In this document: one piece after another, positions 47,238-56,025 of the stretch
Numbering within the stretch: the first letter of the stretch is position 1
Layout of the letters: the number at the start of each line of letters is the position of its first letter
Source of the DNA: Arenicellales bacterium
GTDB taxonomy: Bacteria; Pseudomonadota; Gammaproteobacteria; Arenicellales; Poriferihabitantaceae
Direction of reading: 5' to 3'
Assembly: GCA_965231865.1 (NCBI GenBank)
Contig: CBDDOJ010000001.1
Location: 509,359-573,358 of the forward strand
Length of the DNA: 64,000 nucleotides
Translations under genes and position numbers: made by a program
Notes under the pieces: model-generated
Databases searched by the model: none
What the model saw: the letters and a program-made list of their open reading frames with translations, nothing else
What the model was told of the DNA's origin: nothing

Positions 47238-48203
47238 TCAAACAGGATGAATCGGATTGCCGGAAAGGTGTGTGGAGGGATTTCCATTGACATCAACGGG
47301 AATGGACCCGTTCAGAGTCACTCGATAGAATTCCCGGTCGAAATCAGTCTGATAAACATCACGGATAGCCAGGTGCTGGGTTGCCCGGTTGTCCCAGAAT
47401 GCAATGCTGCCCTCTTCCCACCTGAACCGGACGGTATAATCGGCACGAATGCTATGCTCCCATAAGAAATCAAGAAGCACATCGCTTTCGGCGCGGGTCA
47501 GCCCGATGATGTTTTTCACAAATCCCGGATTGGTGTACAAGACATGCTCTCCGGTTTCAGGGTGTACGGTTACCAATGGGTGTTCGGTCATTACCGGATT
47601 TTTCCTGACCATGGCATTGTACGCATCCGCCGTTTCACCCTCGCCACCCTCCGCTTCCTCGAACCGGTGCACCGCCCGCAACGTCGACAAAAATTTTTGT
47701 ATCGCAGGGGACAACCCCTGATAGGCAGCCACCATATTGGTCCACATGGTATCACCGCCGTAAGGAGGCACCACGACCGCCCGAAGGATCGAGCCATAGG
47801 GTGGATTGACTGCCGCCGTCACATCGGTATGCCAATCCGTCCATACCCGCATTGCGGATGGGCGTGCCGCCAATGCAGCACGATGTTTTGTGACGGGATA
47901 AATTTCAGGATAATCGGCATCCACATCGCTATCAAAAACCGCATGGGCAGGCGTTGGTTCGCCAAACCGACGAGCAAACTCAATGTGCTGGCCATGATTC
48001 AGGTGCTGGTTGCGAAAGAAAATGACTTTCCACTGCAACAATGCCTCGCGAATCAGGCGTACTGTGTTCGCCGACAGTGTCTGGGTGAGATCGACCCCAT
48101 GAATCTCCGCACCAATGGAAACCGTCATCGGGTTTACGGTCACCCGGCCTGGTTCTGACCGCATTTTATTTTGGGTAGATCGGGCCATGGAAGCATCCTC
48201 CAA
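47238..48203 (-). CDS. TauD/TfdA-family Fe(II)/2-oxoglutarate dioxygenase
   Basis: The pattern GAEIHGVDL...WHTDVT...GGDTMWTNM is characteristic of taurine-dioxygenase-like enzymes. Confidence 0.85.
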   Translation of the reverse strand: MEDASMARSTQNKMRSEPGRVTVNPMTVSIGAEIHGVDLTQTLSANTVRLIREALLQWKVIFFRNQHLNHGQHIEFARRFGEPTPAHAVFDSDVDADYPEIYPVTKHRAALAARPSAMRVWTDWHTDVTAAVNPPYGSILRAVVVPPYGGDTMWTNMVAAYQGLSPAIQKFLSTLRAVHRFEEAEGGEGETADAYNAMVRKNPVMTEHPLVTVHPETGEHVLYTNPGFVKNIIGLTRAESDVLLDFLWEHSIRADYTVRFRWEEGSIAFWDNRATQHLAIRDVYQTDFDREFYRVTLNGSIPVDVNGNPSTHLSGNPIHPV

Positions 48204-48615
48204 TGGTTGGACTAACTGGTCAACAAGGATTTAATTCGATAATTTCTGTCATGGGAGCATGGCACTTCTTTTGGGACCCTGGACGCAATTCCCACGCACC
48301 TCGACATCACCGGCCGGCCTGGCATTCCAGTGGATGCGTCCATGGATAGCAGATACAGAGTGGGCCCATCGCGTTGGAATCGGGCAATCATTCTGCGCGC
48401 GAAAAAACTTCCAGGATACAATCATGTGCCAACATGTTTATGATATTCTTTGTCCAACTGGTCATGCCTGTTTTCTGTTTTCAGGCTCACACCACCAAAA
48501 TACGCCAGCGAAAATCATAGGGCGGAGATTTCAGATTGTCAATATCAGAGATTTGGATGCAAATAACCGCTGGATATCAGGCGGCCACTCCACTGTAAGA
48601 CCGTAAACTTGATTT

Positions 48616-49707
48616 ATGAATAAGAAAATCCCCCTCCATATGGCCGCTGTTCAATTGGTCAGGCATGGGGGACTCGAAGCCCTTTGCTACCGGGAAGATG
48701 TCCCCACTCCAGTTGCGGGGAATGGAGAAGTTCTGATCAAGGTTGCCGCTGCCGGCATCAATAATACCGATATCAACACGCGCATCGGCTGGTACTCGAA
48801 AGAGGTCCGGGACAGTACCAGCACGGGAGGGGAAACCGGGTTTGGACTGCTTGATGATGAAGATGCCGCCTGGTCCGATGTGCCCATCGCCTTTCCCCGT
48901 ATTCAGGGTGCTGACTGCTGCGGAGTCATTGTAGAGACTGGACAAGGAGTTCATCCCGCAAGGGTCGGTGAGCGCGTAATCGTACGAAGCATGATGCACA
49001 GCGTTGACAGTCCTCCCTTTGAATGCCAAACATTCGGCTCGGAGTGCGACGGGGCATTCGCCCAGTACACAAAGGCCCCTTCTGTGGAAACCCACAAAGT
49101 GGACTGTTCCTGGTCGGATGCGGAACTGGCCTCCATCCCATGTGCCTACTCAACCGCAGAAAACATGTTGCACCGGGCGTCAGTGGGACCCGAACGCATA
49201 CTGATCACGGGAGCTTCCGGTGGGGTTGGGTCTGCAGCTGTTCAGCTTGCCAAACGCAGGGGAGCCCATGTGACTGCCATCGCCAGCGTATCCAAAACAG
49301 ACAGCCTGCTCACAATCGGCGCCGACGAAGTGATCGACAGGAATACCACTGTTACGGATGCCTTTGGAACGGACCATTTTGATGTGGTGATTGATCTGGT
49401 TGCAGGACCGGCATGGCCGTCTCTGCTTGAGGTGCTGAAAAGGGGCGGACGGTATGCCGCCGCAGGTGCGATTGCCGGACCATTGGTTGAACTCGATGTC
49501 CGCACTCTTTATCTCAAGGACCTGACACTGATCGGCTGTACATTCCAGGAGAATGTCGTATTTGAAAATCTTGTTCGCTACATTGAGCGCGGCGAAATTC
49601 GTCCCATCGTGGCCAAGACGTTTCCATTGAGTGATATCCGCAAGGCCCAGGTCGAATTTCTGGAAAAGAAATTTACCGGAAAACTCGTTCTTCTCCCTCC
49701 GGCCTGA
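48616..49707 (+). CDS. Medium-chain (zinc-type/quinone) dehydrogenase/reductase
   Basis: GroES-like N-terminal domain plus a Rossmann motif ITGASGGVGSAAVQLAK. Confidence 0.8.
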   Translation: MNKKIPLHMAAVQLVRHGGLEALCYREDVPTPVAGNGEVLIKVAAAGINNTDINTRIGWYSKEVRDSTSTGGETGFGLLDDEDAAWSDVPIAFPRIQGADCCGVIVETGQGVHPARVGERVIVRSMMHSVDSPPFECQTFGSECDGAFAQYTKAPSVETHKVDCSWSDAELASIPCAYSTAENMLHRASVGPERILITGASGGVGSAAVQLAKRRGAHVTAIASVSKTDSLLTIGADEVIDRNTTVTDAFGTDHFDVVIDLVAGPAWPSLLEVLKRGGRYAAAGAIAGPLVELDVRTLYLKDLTLIGCTFQENVVFENLVRYIERGEIRPIVAKTFPLSDIRKAQVEFLEKKFTGKLVLLPPA

Positions 49708-49803
49708 ATCGAACCCGGAACAGACCATTCCATTCGCTACAAAAGCCGGAAGTCATACCGATCATCGTGGCTGGAACCATGATGCCGGACCCCGTCGGTC
49801 CCC

Positions 49804-50724
49804 TCAACGATCCAAAATCAAACTCATCGATTTCCCAAAGAATACGCTGTCGTCTTCGGCCAAACGTTCCAGTACGTCGAAGTGGTCGGCTTCGGGGACA
49901 TCGTAACGCTCCATGGAACGTTCTGAAGTCGCGTACTGCGCGGCATACTGGTTGGACTGACGCAAAAATTCTGCGGTCTCACCGCCCCCCACTGCAATCA
50001 GTTGCGGGGCGTTTGTTACCGGAGGCTGAAAAACCGGGCTTTGCTCGATGGCTTCCGCTATATCCATCCGGGGACCCTGATTGAGCGAGGTATGCACCAA
50101 GGGTTCCAGTTCAAATACGCCGGAAACCGGAATTCCCCCACGCACAAGCCCCGTCGGCAATGCCGCATTGAATGCAGGCCAGTCCGTGGCCATCATCATC
50201 GCTGTCAGATGGCCACCAGCGGAATGCCCCATCACAAACAGCCTGTCCCTTGAAAAACCAAGGCCAGATGCGTTCAGCCAGGTCCATGCCACCGCCTTCC
50301 TGATTTGTGGTGGAATCTCGCCAATCCGTACAGATGGCGTAAGGCTGTAATTCAGGATGGCCACGGAAACACCGTTCCTGACAAAGGCTTCCGCAACAAA
50401 GCTGTACAGGTTTTTATCCCCGCGCTGCCAATACCCGCCATGGATATACATGACCACGGGGCCGTCCGGGTCGCCACCGGGAAAAAAATCCAGTTTCTCC
50501 CGCTCCCCCTCGCCATAGGCAAGATCCGTTCTCGCCCCGGAACGAAGACGGTATGCTTCACTGCGGACCCTCCAGCCTTCTGCCATATCCGCAAAATCCG
50601 GGCCTCTGCGGGCAACCAGGTTATATTCCGCCTCAAGGGCCTCGGCGCTCATGCCGTTATATACATGCACGGTGTCTCTCCACTGGAAGCAAGGGCTGCG
50701 GTTTGCGTTACAGCGACAGGGCAA
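49804..50724 (-). CDS. Alpha/beta hydrolase (esterase/arylformamidase-like)
   Basis: HGGYW oxyanion motif and GHSAGGHL nucleophile elbow. The true start may be the internal ATG at 50652. Confidence 0.7.
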   Translation of the reverse strand: MPCRCNANRSPCFQWRDTVHVYNGMSAEALEAEYNLVARRGPDFADMAEGWRVRSEAYRLRSGARTDLAYGEGEREKLDFFPGGDPDGPVVMYIHGGYWQRGDKNLYSFVAEAFVRNGVSVAILNYSLTPSVRIGEIPPQIRKAVAWTWLNASGLGFSRDRLFVMGHSAGGHLTAMMMATDWPAFNAALPTGLVRGGIPVSGVFELEPLVHTSLNQGPRMDIAEAIEQSPVFQPPVTNAPQLIAVGGGETAEFLRQSNQYAAQYATSERSMERYDVPEADHFDVLERLAEDDSVFFGKSMSLILDR

Positions 50725-51174
50725 TGCCTTGTCGGTATTCGACGGTCATCATTCGGGACCCAATGCAATCTGTTTGCCCGCATAAAGTCAGTGGTCCCCA
50801 TGGGGAAACCTGCCGGTGTCCATGTGGTTCTATCCTGGTATATCCTGACAGGCGAAACCGGGTCACCAACTGGCCCAATGACGACAGGTCCGGAAGCATA
50901 CCACAGGGGTCCCGGACTCTTCGCCTTTCGATGGCCGATCTGACACAAGTCGGCAGAACCCGGAAGCCATCTGTTGCTTTCTACGGGTCCGGCATCCGCC
51001 TGCCTGCATAAAGTGCCCGGGATTTTCCAATGACGGCGTCATGGCGGTCCCTGTTTACGGAAAACAGGCGGAGTAAATGAACACAGCCCCACCGTGCGGT
51101 ATGTTAAAATCCCGCGCGGTACAGGGAACCTTGCCGGCCCTTGCCCTGAAAATGAAACGGTTCCAACCCTCTCC

Positions 51175-51218
51175 GGAATGAGTACGGAATGAGTATTGAA
51201 TGAGTATTGAATCCCTAT
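51175..51218 (+). repeat. About 3.5 tandem copies of an 11-mer (GGAATGAGTAC / GGAATGAGTAT / TGAATGAGTAT / TGAATCCCTAT) running into the def start codon
   Basis: Read directly from the sequence. Copies lie at 51175-51185, 51186-51196 and 51197-51207, with a degenerate copy at 51208-51218. Confidence 0.85.
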
Positions 51219-51792
51219 GGCAGTAAGAGAAATACTGCAGATCGGTCATCCGGTTCTTGCGACCCGGGCCCGGGAAGTGGATGAAAGCAGCATCCGTTCG
51301 CTGCAAGTACAGAACTGGATTGATGATATGGTTGACACCATGAGAGCAGCCAATGGTGCAGGGATTGCGGCCAATCAGGTTGGTATTCCCTATCGACTGT
51401 TTGTCGTTGAAGTCGAAAACAATCCGAGATACCCCTATAAACCTGTCACCCCATTGACAATCCTCATCAACCCGTCAATCAGGGTTCTCTCCGACAACAC
51501 TTTTGAATCCAATGAGGGTTGTCTGTCCGTGCCCAATCTCCGTGCCAACGTCACCCGGTATCTCGAAATCGCTGTCTCTGGATTTGACCGCAAAGGTGAA
51601 CATCAATCGTTTGAAGTCCGTGGCTATTCAGCCTGCACATGGCAACATGAAAATGACCATCTTGATGGTATTTTGTTTCCGCACAGAGTCACTGACCCAA
51701 CGTCTTTTTGCTCATGGTCGGTATTTCAGGAGTTTCGCCAGGCCGAATTTTCCGAACAGGTCTGTCAGCTTGTCCAGAAATGGGGGAGCTGA
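51217..51792 (+). CDS. def: Peptide deformylase
   Basis: All three motifs are present: GIAANQVG, EGCLSVP and HENDHLDG. Confidence 0.9.
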   Translation: MAVREILQIGHPVLATRAREVDESSIRSLQVQNWIDDMVDTMRAANGAGIAANQVGIPYRLFVVEVENNPRYPYKPVTPLTILINPSIRVLSDNTFESNEGCLSVPNLRANVTRYLEIAVSGFDRKGEHQSFEVRGYSACTWQHENDHLDGILFPHRVTDPTSFCSWSVFQEFRQAEFSEQVCQLVQKWGS

Positions 51793-52069
51793 CCGCTGTT
51801 TTTCCCTGGCCTTGGTTGAAAACCGCATTTGTCCCGCTTTTTCTTCATGGGCAAAATGCCCCAACCCCTGTTTTCAATGACTTCCGGGTCCCTCGTCTGG
51901 AAAGGAGCTTCAATCATTGCCGAATCCGGCATTCATGCATTTTCAAAGAGCATCCGCGATCCGGCAAACCGTGAGCCGTGACCCGCCCGGGGTCATATCC
52001 TGTAGAATCACTCCATCTTCGGAAAGTCATCAAGCACCCCGTTCACCCTGACCCGTTTTCGAATCGAAC

Positions 52070-53074
52070 ATGAACTCATCCACCCAATTCCTGTATCTGT
52101 CACGGGAAACCCTTGAATCGTTAAACATCACTACCGATGAAGTCATCGCGTGCATGGAACACCTGATGCGCGGCCTGAAACAGTCCCGGGTGTGGCATGC
52201 GCCGAAATCGGTGATTCAGCCGGACGACGACAGATATATGATGTCGACACTGTCCGCTGCACAGGACCCTCCCTATCTGGCAGTCAAGTCTGTAGTACTG
52301 AATCCGCACAATACAGACAGGGGACTGCCACAAATAAATGGACTGATTATGGTGCTGGACAGCGAAACGGGTATCCCGGTCGCGGTGGTTGACGGCAACT
52401 GGATAACCGCTATTCGTACCGCCGGTGCCAGTGCCGTAGCCGCCCGTCGTTTGGCACGCCCGGATTCCGAAGTCATGGCGTTTGTCGGCTGCGGCGTACA
52501 GGCCCACAGCCACCTGAAACTGTTTGCTGACCTGTTTTCATTGAAAGAAATTCGTGCTTTTGGCCGGGGCCGTGCCAACCGGGATGCATTGTGTCGTACA
52601 GCACAGGAGATGGGGCTTGAGACGGTGGCAAGCACGACCGCGCATGCGGCTGTGGATAACGCCGACATCGTTGTCTCATCGGTTACGATCACGGCAAAAA
52701 TCGATCCATTTATTGACCCGCACTGGTTGAGGCCCGGTGCATTCATTTCTTCCACGGATATGGCGATTCCCTGGATGCAGGAGGGAATGTCAGCATTTGA
52801 CCGGATCATTATTGATGACCGGGAGCAGGAATCCTCCATGCCGAATCCGATGGTGGATATCCGTCTTGTCAGCGGAGATATAGCAGAACTGGTCAATGGT
52901 GAGGCAGTCGGCCGTACCAGGGAGAAACAGCGTACCGCGTTTATCTTCCGTGGGCTCGCGCTGGGGGATCTGGCATTGGCCGGTCTTTCGGTAGACAAGG
53001 CCCGGGCCAATTCGACAGGAGAAGTTCTTGGGGCATCTTGCCAAGTGTTGCCGATTACAAGAGCGTCCTCATAA
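52070..53074 (+). CDS. Ornithine cyclodeaminase / mu-crystallin family protein (second paralog)
   Basis: 334 aa with a Rossmann motif FVGCGVQAHSHLKLF and family-typical length. Confidence 0.78.
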   Translation: MNSSTQFLYLSRETLESLNITTDEVIACMEHLMRGLKQSRVWHAPKSVIQPDDDRYMMSTLSAAQDPPYLAVKSVVLNPHNTDRGLPQINGLIMVLDSETGIPVAVVDGNWITAIRTAGASAVAARRLARPDSEVMAFVGCGVQAHSHLKLFADLFSLKEIRAFGRGRANRDALCRTAQEMGLETVASTTAHAAVDNADIVVSSVTITAKIDPFIDPHWLRPGAFISSTDMAIPWMQEGMSAFDRIIIDDREQESSMPNPMVDIRLVSGDIAELVNGEAVGRTREKQRTAFIFRGLALGDLALAGLSVDKARANSTGEVLGASCQVLPITRASS

Positions 53075-53748
53075 GAGAGAAAACCGGATTGCACTCTCCC
53101 AATATCCGGTACATCCCCATCGACATGTCCGGTAAAAGCTGCCGTGGAATTGCGGGGACAGAGAGAGGGTCTCCCGTATCCCGTATGCCTTCGGGTCTGG
53201 TATGATTACTGAACGATATCCATTCCGTGGCATAATCGGGCCAAATCGTCCAAAGGGCTGCCTCACCGCCTAAGAACCGGGGTCGGGGAACGGGAGTAAC
53301 CGAACCGGGAGCATCAGACGGACTGGATGACAGCCTGGCAGGCTCCTGTTTTAGCCAAAAAGGTGACCGTACCTGCTGGCCATTTTGATCGACATGGAAG
53401 CCTGGGCCAATCACAACTCATTGCCATGTAAAGGCAGGTTTCCGTCCGGGATGGGCAATGCCTCCAATGACGGAACCGTGGCCAGATTATGCGGACATCC
53501 CCGGCCAGGCCACATTCTTCAGCTTCCAGATTCGTTGGGCGACTCACTCTTTTCTTGAAGAGAGTGAAAAATAAAACACAAAAAAACAATGAAATACATC
53601 AATTATATAATGTATAAAATGATTCAAATCAAAAACGCAGCAGGTGGATCCTTCAGAATATTGACTCTAACTTTCAAGGTGGGCATACTGGTATGGGTAT
53701 TCCGCCCTAAAGTGGGTATCAAATACCAACCACTAACTGGAGTTGTTT

Positions 53749-54183
53749 ATGTCGAATAAGATACTGGTAGCATTAGACGGTAGCGATGGAGGCAAGCGAG
53801 CATTGCAGGCTGCCGCCGCCTACGCCAAATTAACATCCTCTGATCTGGTTTTGACTTATGTCATCGACTGGTCGCCATATAGCTTTCACACCCCCGAAGA
53901 ACTGGAAGAACGGCATAAGCGCCGTGAATCGGAAATTCAAAGGGCGAATGACTTGATTCTTGATACGGAAGCGGGATCCCTGAAGGACTCAGGATTAGTT
54001 GTAGAAACGGTAGTGCGTCACGGAAAAATAGCCGAAACACTCAATGAACTGGCCGATGAATACGGTGTGTCCCAAGTCTATATCGGCCGTCTCGGTGAAT
54101 CCCGTGTACATTCCATGATTTTTGGGAGTGTGACGGCTGCACTGGTGCAATCATCCACTGTTCCTGTGACGGTAGTCCCCTAG
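53749..54183 (+). CDS. Universal stress protein (UspA family)
   Basis: ATG 53749 follows a CTGGAG RBS. The sequence runs KILVALDGSDGGKRAL...GRLGESRVHSMIFGSVTAALVQSSTVPVTVV. Confidence 0.85.
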   Translation: MSNKILVALDGSDGGKRALQAAAAYAKLTSSDLVLTYVIDWSPYSFHTPEELEERHKRRESEIQRANDLILDTEAGSLKDSGLVVETVVRHGKIAETLNELADEYGVSQVYIGRLGESRVHSMIFGSVTAALVQSSTVPVTVVP

Positions 54184-54355
54184 AAGCTTGTCCGAGAACA
54201 GCATAAATTCGGAATTTTTAAAATAGATAAACATTGACATAATCAAATAATTAAAAAAACAAATTTTTGAAAATAATGATCTCTCGGACAGCCTCCCAGT
54301 CAACCAGCTGGAAATATCAAGAACTACTTAAATAAAGAATAAAGAGGAAAAGATA

Positions 54356-55855
54356 ATGAAACGAATCTATTTTTTGCTGGGGTTGTTCCTGTATTCAATT
54401 ACAAGCGCCCATGCGGGCATCGACGAGGCCATTAATGCGGCAACGGCCCCGATCGCTTCTTTGATCGGAACAATCGTATTTTTTAAAATCCCTATTTTTG
54501 GAGCACAGTTGCCAGTGGTTGTTCTATGGCTGGTTGCCGGTGCGGTATTTTTTACCGTTTATATGGGGTTCATTAATATACGGGGATTCAAGCATGCCAT
54601 CTCATTAATCAAGGGGGACTATTCCGACCCGAACAGCCATGGTGAGGTTTCGCACTTCCAGGCGCTGGCCACCGCAGTATCCGGTACGGTTGGGATCGGT
54701 AACATTGGTGGTGTCGCTGTAGCCGTCACAGTGGGCGGACCAGGCGCAACCTTCTGGCTGATCCTGGCTGGTTTCCTTGGCATGTCTACAAAATTCGTGG
54801 AATGTACGCTGGGGGTAAAGTACAGGAAGGAATTTGAAGACGGCCACGTCTCGGGTGGTCCCATGTATTACCTGAGGCAGGGATTCAAAGACCGTGACAT
54901 GGAAGGCTTTGGCAAGTTTATGGGGACCCTGTACGCCATTGGCATCTTTATCGGGGCATTGGGTATCGGCAATATGTTCCAGTCCAACCAGGCATATGTG
55001 CAGCTCAATAACGTATCCGGCGGTGCCCTGGATGGGCTGGGGTGGCTGGTCGGACTGATTTTGGCCGCCGTTGTCTTTTCAGTCATCGTAGGCGGCATCA
55101 AGTCAATCGCGAAAGTAACCGAAAAGATCGTTCCGTTTATGGCTGTGTTCTACTGCCTGTTTGCGATCATCGTCATTCTCATGAATGCCAACACCATTCC
55201 CCAGGTCATTGCCAATATCTTTACGGGTGCTTTCACCGGTGAAGGGGTAGCAGGCGGAGCCCTGGGAGCGATGATTATCGGTTTCCAGCGGGCGGTGTTT
55301 TCAAACGAAGCCGGTATCGGATCTGCATCCATCGCGCACTCCGCTGTGAAAACCAACGAACCCATTACTGAAGGCGTTGTATCACTGCTGGAACCTTTCA
55401 TTGACACGATCATTATCTGTACGATCACCGCACTGGTTATCGGCACTGCCCAGGTAGCTGAACCCGGTTTCGCCGGAGATGCACAGGGAGTGGCCATGAC
55501 TTCTGCCGCCTTCGAGCGTGAGTTTTCCTGGTTCCCCATCCCTCTGGCTTTTGCTGCATTGCTGTTTGCATTCTCTACCATGATTTCATGGTCCTACTAC
55601 GGGTTGAAAGGATGGACCTACATGTTTGGTGAAGGAGAGAGGGGCCAGACCATATACAAACTGATGTTCTGTGCTTTCGTCGCCCTGGGTTGCGTGGTTC
55701 AGCTGGGACCCATCCTTGACATTTCGGATGCCCTGGTATTCCTGATCTGTGTTCCCAACATCCTGGGCCTGTACTTCCTTGCCCCCATAGTCAAACGGGA
55801 TATGCAGTCCTATTTCGCAAGGATCGAGAGTGGGGAAATCAAAAAATACAAATAA
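54356..55855 (+). CDS. Alanine/glycine:cation symporter (AGCS family)
   Basis: 499 aa. The pattern GEVSHFQALATAVSGTVGIGNIGGVAVAV...FSNEAGIGSASIAH is diagnostic of the AGCS family. Confidence 0.9.
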   Translation: MKRIYFLLGLFLYSITSAHAGIDEAINAATAPIASLIGTIVFFKIPIFGAQLPVVVLWLVAGAVFFTVYMGFINIRGFKHAISLIKGDYSDPNSHGEVSHFQALATAVSGTVGIGNIGGVAVAVTVGGPGATFWLILAGFLGMSTKFVECTLGVKYRKEFEDGHVSGGPMYYLRQGFKDRDMEGFGKFMGTLYAIGIFIGALGIGNMFQSNQAYVQLNNVSGGALDGLGWLVGLILAAVVFSVIVGGIKSIAKVTEKIVPFMAVFYCLFAIIVILMNANTIPQVIANIFTGAFTGEGVAGGALGAMIIGFQRAVFSNEAGIGSASIAHSAVKTNEPITEGVVSLLEPFIDTIIICTITALVIGTAQVAEPGFAGDAQGVAMTSAAFEREFSWFPIPLAFAALLFAFSTMISWSYYGLKGWTYMFGEGERGQTIYKLMFCAFVALGCVVQLGPILDISDALVFLICVPNILGLYFLAPIVKRDMQSYFARIESGEIKKYK

Positions 55856-55890
55856 CCGATTAGATACCGGATATTTTTACATTCCATCCA

Positions 55891-55920
55891 AGGCCGCATT
55901 CAACATGCGGCCTTTTTTTT
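55891..55920 (+). terminator. Rho-independent terminator
   Basis: Stem AGGCCGCAT (55891-55899), loop TCAAC, stem ATGCGGCCT (55905-55913), then a run of eight T. It lies 36 nt after the AGCS stop. Confidence 0.85.
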
Positions 55921-56025
55921 CGCCCAACGAATCAACCGGGAGTCGGCATCTGCCAGGAGGGAGACAGCGGAAACCGTTTGGTTTCTGACAACCGACAGGA
56001 ATACCGGCCAGCAGACACCACAGTT

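Noticed and set aside
53075-53748. A 670-nt gap upstream of uspA. It contains track ORFs 53055-53414(-) and 53314-53589(-), a hairpin near 53548-53570 and a small dyad GGTAT-CAA-ATACC (53715-53727).
   Set aside because: The ORF translations match nothing I recognise. The hairpin has an A-run on one side and a T-run on the wrong side for either strand. The dyad is too short to interpret.
54184-54355. Glycine riboswitch upstream of the alanine/glycine:cation symporter, and the 8-bp inverted repeat GTCCGAGA...TCTCGGAC flanking an AT-rich stretch.
   Set aside because: The conserved glycine-aptamer core (..GGAGAG..CACCGAAGGGGCAA..) is absent. The inverted repeat alone is not interpretable.
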